A stretch of 63,804 nt of DNA, filler included, from Olpidium bornovanus S191 (taxonomy: Eukaryota; Fungi; Olpidiomycota), in the NCBI GenBank assembly GCA_017911155.1. It is 35 parts of 35 records of this genome, joined end to end, with 100 filler letters (N's around TTAATTAATTAA, not from the genome) between each part and the next. Parts side by side here need not be neighbours in the genome. Positions count along the whole stretch, not along the records: positions 45,954 to 47,824 come from JAEFCI010013048.1; positions 47,925 to 49,371 come from JAEFCI010001607.1; positions 49,472 to 51,974 come from JAEFCI010000790.1; positions 52,075 to 54,584 come from JAEFCI010004600.1; positions 54,685 to 55,927 come from JAEFCI010008899.1; positions 56,028 to 58,133 come from JAEFCI010011135.1; positions 58,234 to 59,273 come from JAEFCI010005170.1; 28 more parts are not named here. One strand, given 5' to 3'. Shown one piece after another: positions 46,672 through 59,273 of this stretch. The notes beneath the pieces are model-generated. The model made no database searches. It saw nothing but the letters and a program-made list of their open reading frames with translations, and was not told the origin of the DNA. The position numbers and the translations under genes are program-made. Position 1 is the first letter of the stretch. Every line of letters starts with the position of its first letter.

Positions 46672-49600
46672 CCGTACCTTAGCTGCTTGCTTTTAGCCCT
46701 CCCCCCACCTTTTTCCCCTTCGTTCCCTTCCGCTGCCTCCTAAGTTTTATTATGTATTTGATACGATTTCGCCGGCCCTGCGGGATAGTATAATTTATAT
46801 TGCGCGCGAAAAAAAAAAAAATAAAAAAATAAAAAATAAAACGCAAAAAAAAACTTCTGCAAGTTCTTTTTTTCCCTCCGGTTTCCCCGCCGCCGCCCGC
46901 CGTCAAAGCTCTGTTTTGGGAACGCGCAGGTCGCGTTGGCCGGCAAAAGAAAAAGAAACCCCAGCCAGCCCGCGGGACCAAGGAAAAAAAAAAAAAAGGC
47001 AAAAAAGGAAGGGAAAAAAAAAATCCCCCGCCGTTTGGACTCCGCGCAAAACGCAAAAAAAGAAAGAAAAAAAAAACGGTTGAGGTTGTGCGCGTCTGTT
47101 AGGTGGTGCGGTCTACGCGGGCGCGTCGCGTCCCGGACACCGGGGGGGGGGGGGGGGGGGGGGGCCCGGGGCGGGGGGGGGGGGGGGGGTGTTGGGATCC
47201 GGGACGCCCGGCCCCTCGATAAGATAAAAAGATCGGGGGTGGTTTCTTTCCCCGTTAACAGAAAAAAATAAAAAAATAAAAAGCTTCTTGCCGGGGGAAG
47301 GGTATCGTCGTTGCGCGGGTTTCTTGGCGCTCCCCGCCGTGGAAAGATGCTGCGCGGTTGCACATCCCCCCCCCCACTTCCTCCGTCGCAGCGAGGGGGG
47401 GGGGGGAAAAGAAGGGGGGAGGGAACGGGAGGGTTGCACAACTGCTTTGGGGCGAAGGAGCAGGTGTCGCCCCTCCTACACAGGCGCGCCACGCCGACTG
47501 GCCCCCCCCCCCGCGCGCGACGAGGGTTCAGGCAACCTGCCGCGGCGCCTGACAAGCAGCCCGCGGTTTTAGCGTCCGGTATTTCGGCGCACGAAATTTC
47601 CCCTTTGGGGAAAAGGGAGGAACGGAAAAGGGGGAAGGGAGAGGGGGGGGAGGGGGGGGGGAATATTTCCGAGTCGTCCGGAGCTCTCGGCAGCAACGAG
47701 GGCGGGGGAAACACAACTCCACCGCGAATTTTGATCGCGCGACGAGCCGGCTGCCCCGCCGCCCGCTCTGCACCGAGGCCGTTTTTTTGAAACACCTTGC
47801 TGTCTTCTGCTGTCCCGCTTCCTCNNNNNNNNNNNNNNNNNNNNNNNNNNNNNNNNNNNNNNNNNNNNTTAATTAATTAANNNNNNNNNNNNNNNNNNNN
47901 NNNNNNNNNNNNNNNNNNNNNNNNCATGCGGCCGAGAAAGAACAACTCACCGTTTTGATCGTCCAATCTCACGCCAAATATTTCAACGTCCTGCGGAGCG
48001 GCCGTGGCGTCGATCTGGGTCAGAGCCGTTTCTGAATGTCTTTCGGCCACCGGGATGGAGTAATCCTCGTACGGCAGTTGGCGAACGGAACCCTTGTCTG
48101 AGAGCAAGAGTCCGAACAACGTCCGCGCGTAGAAGGCCAGGCGAGAACAACGTTGCCGAGGAAGCTGTCCAACCGCTAAAGTGCGTCCCAAACTGCGTAA
48201 ACCCATTCAGAAACGAGCGCTTCGGCGGTTGTTGGCTTGGCACATCCTCCTGGCTCCCGCCCCGGCCGGCGCTCCAATTGCGCGCGCATTCCTGCTGTTA
48301 TTGCACCCTTTGCCGACGCCCCGGCCGGCTTCCAGCGGCATTTGGCAAGGCCTGTTACCACGTGGCTCTTCCGCTGGCCTCGCCGTTGAGCGGTCCTACC
48401 TGGCCCCCGCTCCAGCCCAAGGGTACTGGTACTTATTTGATTTACTCGTTGTCTGCCCGCGGACGCTACTCGGACGGCAGCGCGCACGTTTACCGGCAGG
48501 CAATTCTTGATACCGGCTCTCTGCCATGCCCGGGTGTGCGGCATGCGTGCCTTTTGCGGCGGCGGGAGCAACGCAGCTGCGATGGGCCGCCTGGCGAACA
48601 ACAGCGGCAAGGAAAAAAAAAGCCAAAAAAAGCCAAAAAAAAGCCAAAAAAAAAACCAAAAAACCCCCCTACAACGAAAGAAAAGGCGCGCTGTTATCGA
48701 CCTGGATCCAACTCCGAGCCCGGCCAGATGACCGGCGGGCCCTCCTCGGCCGGGCGCCCCGTCGGCCCGGGCTGGGACGCGGAGGTCGGGGGCTTGGCGA
48801 TGCGATAGGCGGGGCGCATTGCGGCGCGACGGGCGAGGCGCGTAGCAACGGGAAGCTTGCACTGTCGCGGTGCGTTGCGACATGAAGGTTGAGAGGCGCG
48901 ACGGGGCGAGACGCGTCGGGACGCAAAGGGGGACGCGTCCCGTGGGGCGTTCCGGGTGGGGACGGGAGGGGGTGGTGAGGGGCAAAAAAAAAAATAAACA
49001 AACCAAAAAAAAAAGTCCACACCGGGAGAGGTCCCGCGAGTTGGGGCGCGCGGAAACCTTTGTGCGGTGGCGGGGCGGCCTTCGTCTTCTTCTTCGAGAC
49101 TCTCTCTCTCCGAGGTTCCGCCTTTCCTCTCTGGGAGGGGGGGAAGGTGGGAGGGCGAAGCGGCGTTTTTGTCCACCGGCCAAAAGCGGCCATGTGACTG
49201 CACCTGGTTTTCTGTCGTCAATTGCGCGCTTCCCTCTTTCCCCCCCCACCCCCCCCCCCCCCCACCTCGGCGCGTTTTCCCCCCCTTACACATACAAAAA
49301 TAGCGTTCGGTTGACGGGCGGACGGGTGGTCGCACCCTACTCCACCCGCGGGGTGCTTCTTACGTCACGCGNNNNNNNNNNNNNNNNNNNNNNNNNNNNN
49401 NNNNNNNNNNNNNNNTTAATTAATTAANNNNNNNNNNNNNNNNNNNNNNNNNNNNNNNNNNNNNNNNNNNNCATGCGGACTCACACACGACCTTTGAGTT
49501 CAGAGACCGTTTTCTTTAAAAGATTTCGGAATAAGCAGAGCTAATTGAGTCTGAAGTAACTCGAAACAACCGGCGACGAGGACTGGAATGGCACAGGGCT

Positions 49601-50229
49601 GGGCCGGGCAAGGCTAGAAGCTGTGGAACCCATCCTCCCTGGGCTGAGATACGACGCCGCGTACAGCGCCCGACGAGGAATGAGGAAGGACGATAATCGG
49701 CGACACTTTCTCGGAAGAACGGTGACAGCGATGGGGCAACGGTGACAACAATGGGCTTAATGGTCAATGTCGTTAATCGTATTGTACCGTGTGCTGTGTA
49801 CACAGAACTACAAGGGAGAAAAATAACTAGCCGTGGCGCAGCTACTACAGGGTTTCCGGACGGTTGCCACAGGGCGTTCTTACAGTACGCGACCCTGGGC
49901 ACTCGGGGTGCATCCAAGTCGGTGCCGTGGTGTTGAACGCATGGTGTGGTAAAGCATCTCCTCTCGCCATGGCGCACGCACGGCCGTCCTTCGGTGGTTT
50001 TGATAGCTTGGGCGAGGAGCAAGCACCATTGTGTGTTTGGGCGTGATAGCCTTCCAAGCTGGCTCAACCGTCTCTCTGCACTACTTGCACATTACGGATC
50101 GCCTGCAGCCTTTGACCTCCCCGATATACCGAAGTCATTACCAGAGGCCGCGCAAACGCGGTCGCGCCGATCCCGTTTGCGCTGATGCCGATTGCCCTGA
50201 TTCCAATCCGCGTTCTGCCCTTGAGATAC

Positions 50230-50300
50230 ACGCGTCGGCAGCTGATGCCGTCCAAAACAAACGCGTCGGCAGCTGATGCCATGCAAAACAAACGCGTCGG
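50230..50300 (+). repeat. 31-bp tandem repeat, about 2.3 copies
   Basis: ACGCGTCGG starts at 50230, 50261 and 50292. Confidence 0.88.
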
Positions 50301-50870
50301 ACTCTGTTGGGGCATCGGCTTGAAGTGGCGCAGGAGTGGTGTGCGGCGCCGGCAAACATGGGCGTGTGCACGTCGATTCCAAGGGTTTGGGAATTTTCCC
50401 TGCATGAACGACTCGAAGCTCCCATCGGTCACGGGAAGGCGCGCGGGAAGCCCGACCGGAACGGCGGGCGGACGGTTTCCGCGGGTCCGGCCTGCGTGCG
50501 CGTGTCCGTCCGGCTTGGGCATACCCCGCCGCCGTCCGCTGTCTTTTCCCGGCGCGTCCTCAGGCTCTTGGCAACCTCACCTGCGCTTCGCGGCCGGAAC
50601 GCGCGGACGACGCAACGGCACGCGGAAACATGACAGCGCACCTCGATGCCGGTGGGTCGCGCGAACCCGTCCGGCGCTGGTTTAACCTGCTTCCGGTTGC
50701 GGGGAGCGCGGTCCTCACATCGACCGAACTCTCCCCTGCGCAGCCCAGCTGGACGTTCAATACAGCCCCGGCAGCGCCGAGGAGAAACGTGTAAGGGACG
50801 CGTCGCCTCACGCGCTTCCGTGGCAGCAGGTTGACTTTCGTTTTTTTCCGACTGCGTGGCGGTGGACTTA

Positions 50871-51974
50871 CGACAGGCCTGTGAGGAGTTCCTAGACAAG
50901 TGCACGTCCGCGCTTCGCGGCGCCCCTCGGGATGCCGTCGCTCAGCTGCTTCTTGTGCGGTCCAAAGCGTACGAGAAGCTGCGCCGGTACTCTGAAGCCG
51001 TCGCCGACCTGCGGGCGGTCGACGCTATCGACCCCTCAGCAGCTGACATCGCTGCGGAGGTCAGGCGTCTTTTGCAGCTGTCACCATACTCCTTCTCCAC
51101 GGATGAGGGCGTGCGGCACGTTCCCTTGGAAGAGCTGATAACGCAAGCCGAAGCAGGAAGCGCCCAGGCTGCTGTCGCCCTCTCAGCTGTTGCCGCAGGG
51201 AAGGAAGGCCTGATCACGGCAGCTGCTGGCGGCGTACGTATATTGAAGGCGTTGCTTGGGGCGCTCGGGAAGGAAGGCGTTACTGCGGACGTGAACTGGG
51301 TGAGGTCTGTACTTGAAGCCCTCGCAGTCGTGGCAAAGGGCGGCCCGGTCGGCGCGAAGGTGGAGCTGCTGCACCAACTTGCGGGGAGCGACGTGGCAAC
51401 GATGCTAGACGGACGCCTGGACGACATTTCGCGGATGTCCGCGATTCAGCTCTTCGTCACGCTCGTCAGTTCCACAACGGATAAGTCGGCCCGTTGGGCG
51501 GACGTTCGCACCGCACTGGTCAAGCAACTCAACGAGACGGTCGCCAGCGGAGAATGCTCTGACGCCTTGCTGGCGGCCGCGTTCGAAGCGTATGTCCGGA
51601 TTGTCGACGACACTACTTCGGCGTTTGCATTTGTCACCTCGCGAGCGTACCAGCCTCTGCTTAAGGGTTGCGGCTCCTCGAAGTACGAGGGCCGGATATG
51701 CTCGGTCGCCGTGACGTTGCTCGGCCGTGTGTTCTCCTTCATGCAAGAGGACAGGCGGGACGTTCTTAAAAAGAGGACAGCGAGCGCTCTTGTGGAAGAG
51801 GTGTCGTCGATGAAGCCTGAAAACCTGCTGGTAGCTTTAAGGGCTCTCGCGGCGGTGTTTGGCGTGGGACCAGACGTAGGGTCGCACATTCTCTGCACCG
51901 AAGGCGTGATGGAGGGGCTGATGGAATCGATCGAATTTCAGCCAGAAGACGTACAGGTTGCCGCGGTCGACATG
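50871..51974 (+). CDS. UNC-45-like protein N-terminal/central region with a TPR-like motif (upstream exons unresolved, 3'-partial)
   Basis: LLLVRSKAYEKLRRYSEAVADLRAVDAIDP (TPR consensus), then ARM-like helices ending LRALAAVFGVGPDVGSHILCTEGVMEGL, as in the UNC-45 central domain. Confidence 0.72.
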
Positions 51975-52526
51975 NNNNNNNNNNNNNNNNNNNNNNNNNN
52001 NNNNNNNNNNNNNNNNNNTTAATTAATTAANNNNNNNNNNNNNNNNNNNNNNNNNNNNNNNNNNNNNNNNNNNNCATGCTACGAGGGCCAATTTGACCGA
52101 CCGCCGAGGGATTTTAAGGGAACTCCGGAGAGGACGGGCGTCGCCGATAGCGGTTTTTTGTCGTCCGCGACGCCTGCAGACCTTTCCGCAGGCGTCTGAA
52201 GTCGGCCCGGGGTCGCCACGTGGCGCCGAAGTGCTTCCTCGCCGGCGGCGTGGGCGCCGGAGCAAGCGGTCCAATATGCTTACGGCACGCGAGGTTTAGT
52301 AGCGCAAAGTTACCGTTGCCATGGAAATGGTACGATTCCTCCCGTCGGGGGGGGGGAAGGGAAGGAAAAAAAGCAAAAATTACACCCACGCGACCAGGCG
52401 ATCGAACCTCGCGCCGGCGGATATTCGGCGGCGGCTTCTGGCAAAATCCAGTCGACGACTGATCGCGGTTACGACGGCGAGACGAGAGGGGGGGAGGGGG
52501 GAACCCACCTCGACGAGGAGCTGCGT

Positions 52527-54584
52527 CATGGTGATGGCTGGCAGACCCGACGACTTGTCATCCGGCTTGACGCCCGCGAGCGGCAAGATCCGCTCGGCGG
52601 TGCCGGGGGCGGCGATGTTTACGACGCTGCGGGGATCGCAGCATTCTGTACGGGTGCCGAGGCCGGCGTCGTCGGCGCGGGGCAAGCGGTCCGAGAACGC
52701 CGCGCTGGCGTTTAGCTTGGATAGCCTGACGAGCAACGAGACGACCGCGGCCGAGGAGACGGCGTTGGAGGAGGGACGCAACAGCCGCGAGGCCGGGGAC
52801 GTAGATCGTGCGGCGCCGCCGGCTCGAAACGTGCGAAGCGGTGGTCGGAGGAGCGGGCGGGCGCACGCCGGCAGGGCGGGAAGCGCGCGGGCGCCGACGG
52901 CGAGCACCGCGGCCAAGGGCGCGCCTGCCGAGAGGAACGTCACTAAAGAGGTCCGCGAAATGGACAAGGCCCTCGCGGACATTGTCAAGAACGTGGATAG
53001 AATTGGAGCGACCATTGTGAGGACCAACGTGGAACTCTCCGAAGACGACGAACGTGGCGCGACGCAAGGGTGAGGGCGGCAAATTAAATCGCCCGGTCCG
53101 TTTGGAAGGGTCGGGAATGTTTTCGGCGCACCCGAAACACGCAGATTGATGCGGGTGCGCCTTTCTGGTTCGAAACGGAAGCCTCGAACCAAACAGCCCT
53201 GCAAATAACAAAATCGGAGCTCCGGAGCAGAGATTTTCATTGTGGAAAGCGAAAGGCGAGTGAGGCCGCAGTTTCTCGGTGAACGCCGTTGACGCAGGCA
53301 TCACGGAGCTCTTAATGATGCCGCGCCGTCCCCTGCAGAAGAGGCACTCAAACATATTCCGATAAGGGAGAAGACTTTATTCCTACAGTTTATGCGCAGC
53401 AAGGTGATCGACGAGTTTTTCCTCGCGGTAATCGGATATATCGAGTAAGCCCCCGAGCGGGCCAATGCCGTAACCTCAACACGGGGGGGAGTCTGATTAC
53501 CGTTACGCCCTTTCGTTTTTGCGCTTTTTCTGATGACGACGCCGTCGCGCGCCGTTTTGTCGAAGCGTGTACCTGCGCCTCATGAAGCTGGAAGGCGGCC
53601 GGCAACAGGCGATTCAGGAGCGGATGCGGGGAGCCAACGGGACGGCGATGCCGCGCGAAGCGGCGACGTTCTTGCTGAATTCGGCCGCGGACGCGGCGAA
53701 CGCGTGGCAGCCGCAGCACTCGCAGGGGGCGGCGGCGGCGCAGTTCTGCACTTCGGCGCTCGACCAGGCCCGCGGGGACCGGCGGAAGGCGATCAAGGAC
53801 GTCGGCCTGCGCTACTCTCTGCTGCTGCTGCACGGAAATAAGCTGTGCAGCGACGCCGGGCCGGCGGCCCGGCGCGCGTCCGGTGTTGGCGGCGAGAAAA
53901 GAACGAGCCCCGCGGCGGCGCCGCCGGCGCGGCCCCAAACGTCCTCGCAACCCGCGGCCGCCGCCTTCGCCTCCGACGGCCGCCAGCAGGTCTACCAGGC
54001 CGCCCGGGACCGGGCCGCCCCGGCGAGGCCCAAGACCGCGCCGAGGGCGCCGGGAGCGAACTCGGCGACGTCCGGCGAGCGCATGTGCTACGAACAGATC
54101 TACGCCGCCACCGAGGAGATCATCCGCCTGCGCATTTTCCCCTTCGTCATGGCGAAGGCCCCCCCGCCGAAGTGGAAAGCCGTCACGCTCGAGCTGGACA
54201 GGATCTTCCGGGGGGACTACTTCTCTACCAAAGTCGCCGCGGCGGAAGGCCTGCGCCGGGCGAGCGCGAGAAGGGCCGCCGCGGCCGGAAAGCCGCGCGG
54301 CGGCGCCCCGGGCGACGCGGGAAGCGCCGGTTCGCGGAACGCGGCCGCCGAGCACGAGCCAGACGCCGACTCTCGCCGGTTCACGGACATGGCCAACCGC
54401 CCCGCGACGGCGCCCGTCAAGCGGAGGGCTCGAGCGGACGACCCCGAACTTGCGAGGCCGTGGAGCATCTCGGCCTCAAAACTTTCGCGGTGGGGTGATA
54501 CACGCAAATCAGAGGTTCGGCGCGGGCGTGGTGGTGGTGGTGGTGGTGGTGGGGGGGGTGGGGGGGGGGGGGGGGGGGAGCGAG
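52527..54584 (+). CDS. PPP1R36-like (protein phosphatase 1 regulatory subunit 36 family) protein, multi-exon
   Basis: FLQFMRSKVIDEFFLAVIGYIE; AIKDVGLRYSLLLLHG; ERMCYEQIYAATEEII; VTLELDRIFRGDYFS occur in the order of conserved blocks I recall for this family. Confidence 0.6.
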
Positions 54585-55477
54585 NNNNNNNNNNNNNNNN
54601 NNNNNNNNNNNNNNNNNNNNNNNNNNNNTTAATTAATTAANNNNNNNNNNNNNNNNNNNNNNNNNNNNNNNNNNNNNNNNNNNNCATGTCTGCCGAAGCG
54701 ACGTCTCCCGGTTTGTACTTGGCGTGAACGTCTTTAGAACCGATTTGCAGTATTTTGATTATACCGGCTGCAGTTTTTTTTTTTCGATTAGACCAGGCGC
54801 AGTTGTAAAAATTTCTTTGTGAGCATCCATTTCTTTTTTCTCGCGCTGTCGAATCGACATTTTCCCATTATGTGTTCGTTTTTTTTTGGCCAGGGTATCA
54901 ATCTTTTGCGGGCTATCAACTTCGCATCTATTGCTTTTTTTCATTTTTTTACGGTCCAGTTCGTCGAGGCGGCGGACACCAGGGCAACGGCTGCAACTAC
55001 AAGTAACTGGTATCTGGTGTACCATCACCTCCCCGAATCCTCGAGCCTGCCTGTTGTTTGACTTCTACGTCCGCTGCGGGGGGACGAACGGGAAACGGGC
55101 GAGAATTTGGCGGCTTGGTAACGCACGGCGGAATACACCGTGTGCTTTTTGGGATAAAAGAGGCGGTTATTAAACTCGAGCCACAAACTCGAACATAGCG
55201 ACAGCAAACGTTGTACAATTGCGTGGCACGAATTGCCATGGGCAAGGCGCCGATGCACACCGGTGCGCATCAGTTCTCAACGACGGGATCCCGAGGATGT
55301 TTCCTACGCTTGAGGTCACAACGTTTCCAAAGAAAGCAAACTCTCAGAAAAGAAAAAAAAGCGGGAAGCTTTTCTTTTTTATATTATTTATCTGGACCGT
55401 AGCGCAACAGACGCCGCCGCATGGGCAAAAAAATAGAAACCCGTCAAAAAGAAAATTGATGGCAGATATATGTAATC

Positions 55478-55670
55478 TCAGTGGCCGCGCGAACCGCGGT
55501 CTCCGTGCTGGTAAGCCGGCGGGACAAAAAAGAAACTGATAATCAAGACGGAGTACGCTGACACCAGCATCGAGCCTTTGAAGTAGTTTGACTTGCCCTC
55601 GATGTACACGTAAGTCAGCAGAAACACCGCAAAAACGAGCGTGATGATGTCCCAGCGATCGAATACGAGG
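55478..55670 (-). CDS. CaCA-family vacuolar cation/H+ exchanger (Vnx1-like), last exon
   Basis: LVFDRWDIITLVFAVFLLTYVYIEGKSNYFKGSMLVSAYSVLIISFFFVP then stop; acceptor CTCAG at 55671. Confidence 0.88.
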
Positions 55671-56059
55671 CTGAGGACAAAAAGAAATAAAAGTAAAAGG
55701 ATAAAATTATGAACGATACGGCCGGGGGGAAAGAGGGCGTCCAATCGGGATTTTTCATTTACCCCCCCTCCCCGCCCCCTCAAAAAAAAAAAGAAAAAAA
55801 AGAAAACAAACGCCCCCTCGCGGAGAAAAAAAAAGCCCGAACAAAAAAAAACCTCGGGGGAAAATCTGGACGCACGTGAACATGTGGTAGAGATCCGTGG
55901 TGTCGGTGTGAGTGAAACCGGAGTACGNNNNNNNNNNNNNNNNNNNNNNNNNNNNNNNNNNNNNNNNNNNNTTAATTAATTAANNNNNNNNNNNNNNNNN
56001 NNNNNNNNNNNNNNNNNNNNNNNNNNNCGACCGTCGACAATGCTCTCAGACAGAGACTT

Positions 56060-56620
56060 GCGAATTTGTTCCCACTGAATGTGGGAAACAAACAGCGCGC
56101 GTGGTAAGTTTCGAAATTCCAACCGAAAGGCGGGCATATGTCTGCATGCGAATGCTGACCGGCCAGGCAGACTCTCCAACAATTCCGACCAGCTCGGTCG
56201 GTCCTCGATTTCGGCGAGGCAGGAAACGAGATTTTGGATCTCTGCCTCGGATCATTTTACCGACTTGCAGGCATGACTCCTATACTCACCAATATTTGGT
56301 ACAGGAGACTGAACGTCCGGCGACTTCAAACATATGTAAAACTGAGCCACCAATCAGACACCAGCTTTTTCGCCGTTTCGCAGTGCCTACACAACAGCCA
56401 CGCACCGTGCGTTTGCAGGCATGTGGGGTGCGCCCAAGCACCTCACTAATATAGGTCCGGTCGGCTTGTTGGCTTAGAATTCGCAACCGCTTCAGCAGGC
56501 CAACGTCATCAGTGCTCCATCTCCTACGATGTCTCTTCGAAAGCGGATCAGAGTAGGGCTTGCGTTTGCGTTGCTCACGACATTCCATGGGACTGCACAT
56601 CTGATACAATCTTTTAATAG
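56060..56620 (-). pseudogene. Myb/SANT-like repeats, disrupted or with unresolved introns
   Basis: RRRWSTDDVGLLKRL...ISEVLGRTPHAC and, in another frame, K*SEAEIQNL...PSWSELSESLPGRSAFACRH with TGA at 56254-56252. Confidence 0.6.
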
Positions 56621-58233
56621 CAACTGGAGGAATTTGGAAGGGTCGATTGGTCCAGCATAGCCGTAATCTCCCCTGGGAAAACCCCGACTTCCGCTAAGTT
56701 GAAATACCATAACTTGCGACGCGGTACAGTGAGTTTTGCTGGCACCGGCGCGCGCGAGATGAAAAGGACATATCCAACGCCGTGTTACTATCACAGGATG
56801 GAGGACCGTTTAAGAAGTTAATTGAGGCAGCGGAGCCGCCAAAGAGTTCCGATCATAATCTCGTTAATATTTAAATAACTACAGTTTCTTTCCCCTGTCC
56901 TCAGCGGATTATCCGGATCTGGCCTCTCTGGCGGCATTTGGCCTTGTATATAAACGCCTGTTGGCTGCTGCGCACATTTTGTAGGCGTGATGCGGGTGCC
57001 GATGCAACAACAAGGTCCAGAGGCCAAAAAGATTACCCAGTGCCGGAACCCCATCCATCACACCCCCCGCACCCCGTGCCTCCCAAAAAAAAATGGTATG
57101 CCTGCTGCCGAGAAAAAAAAAAGGACAACGCCGTTTTGTAGCTAAACGTGAATGCACGTGAGTCGTCTTGACAATGTATGTAGACGACGATGGCTGCCAA
57201 CCTACATTGTGATCCAAAACAAAGACACACAGAGAACGTACAGTTCTCAACACGCTGTCAGCACCGTTGCTGTCTTCCCTGCAGCCGTCGAATCCCCCGT
57301 CCGCATCTCGCCGCCGCAATTTTCTTGACTCGCCGCGCACATTCGCCAAGCGCCTGTTTTGTACTGGCGGGCGTTTTGTTTCTTTCTTTTTTATTTTTTT
57401 TATTACGTTTTTTCCCATTTTTCGAGGGCTGCATGCAGTCGACTGTTTCTGACGGCGGCAGAGATTTGCAGATGTGCGGAAATCACAGACTCAGATTCGG
57501 GGGAGGTGGGAGGGGCGTAGGTGTCGCCGGGCTCTTACGTTTTTTTTTTCGTTTGCGTTCAGGGACGCGACGTGCAAAAAGTTTCGCCTGCGCGCTGGCC
57601 TGGACACTTCAAAACGTGGCGGCGCGCAGGAAAAGTCGCAGGCGGCCTGTGAAAGCGAGCTTGGAAGTTGAGAGGGACGACAGAAATGGTGACGGGCGGA
57701 GGTTGTGGCTGCTGTGTTGTGTCTTGCGCCTACCCCTATCATCTCTGTTTTCAAGATTTTCATTGATTTTTTAGGGTTCTTCGTTTTGGCGGGGCGTGCC
57801 GGAGGGGGCAGTTTGTGCCGGGGGGATGGGCGGCAGCGGCTTGCAGCTCACGTGGTTTTTCTTTTTCCAGGTCGCACAGCGGCGGCAAAAGTGCGCTCGA
57901 TGACAGTGGCATCGAGACAACGGGTGCACGACCGCGGCGCAACAGCACGTGACTGCTCGTGACGGTCCCTCAAAACGAACAAGAAAAAAAAAATAAAAAA
58001 AGAAAAAAAAAGAAGGAAAAAAAAAACAGAAGAAAAAAAGAAAAAAGAAGAAACAAAAAGAAAAAAAGAAGAAGAAAAAAAAGAAGGGAAAAAAAAAGAA
58101 AAACAGAAGAAGAAAAAAAGAAAAAAGAAGAAANNNNNNNNNNNNNNNNNNNNNNNNNNNNNNNNNNNNNNNNNNNNTTAATTAATTAANNNNNNNNNNN
58201 NNNNNNNNNNNNNNNNNNNNNNNNNNNNNNNNN

Positions 58234-59273
58234 ACATCTCGATGTCGCGCGGCACGTCCGCAGGACGCTCTTCGGGCAGCTGATACAGAAATGATCCGTC
58301 CACAAGAGGCGCTGCGGCGTCGTCCGGTGCGTCGTTCCTGCGGTGTTGTACATGCGGATCAGCCGCCGCGCCCAGTTGCCCGTCGTCGCACGCGTATTGT
58401 GTTGAAGGCGCCGCCACGTCAGGGCGGGCGCAACGTACCGGTGGAAGTACCAGTAGGCTACCACCCCGCTGATCCCAACCCGCTGAAGATTCCCGAACAC
58501 GGCGCTGGTCCAGAAAAACACGCCAATAAAGAAAACGATTCCCCAGTACGCGTCCCCTTGCAGAGCCCAGTGAGCAGGGGCCCGCGGGACCGGCCTTTCC
58601 AAATCTGGCGCAGAAGATCCGCTTCCGGAACCGGTAACCAGAGGGTCGCCCAGAGTAGCGTTCCCCTGGAGAAAGGCGTCACGATTTAGCTGAGTGGCAG
58701 CCGCTGCCACCGAAGTGATCGGAGCAAGACTGTCGTCCGTGAAGTATCCAAGCAGCAGCAGTCTGGAAAAGAAGGCGATCCACAGCAGCGCGAAAATCGT
58801 GTATGCTACCAGCAAGAAGAACGAGTATACTAGGATAGTCGGATGCGACCGCAGTATCTCGCAGGAGAGCTGAAAAAAAAACGTCCGTCACGCCGGAACG
58901 CTGTCAGGTAGAATGGTTCGTCCGAGGGGGTTACGCGAAAACAACGACGGAGAGGCAGATAACTCTCACTTCGACCACTGCTACTGTCCGATGTATCTGT
59001 TTTCGTTTTTTGTACACCGCGCGGCTCCAGAACGCCCCAAGTATCAGCGGGACGAAGGACATTATGGTCAGCCTGCAGAAGTTCCGCCGTAACACTTAGG
59101 AGGGCCACTTAGCTGAACGCAATATTCTCCAATTCCCCGAGTAAACGATCGACATGGTTTGCCATACCCGGTATCCTGAGTTTCGTCCGAAGACGCGCTT
59201 GGCGTGTTGAACGACTCAATCAAGGTCCACAGAAAAAGTGCCAAGGAGATGATCGGAATGAAGGTCAACGTCA
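58234..59273 (-). CDS. Choline transporter-like (CTL/SLC44, Pns1/Ctl1-type) membrane protein, internal exons
   Basis: ...KKRKQIHRTVAVVE|LSCEILRSHPTILVYSFFLLVAYTIFALLWIAFF...FFIGVFFWTSAVFGNLQRVGISGVVAYWYFHR. Confidence 0.85.

Noticed and set aside
57959-58133. Poly-Lys/Arg/Glu ORF and similar poly-K, poly-F, poly-G, poly-P ORFs throughout
   Set aside because: Translations of homopolymer or low-quality A-rich tracts.
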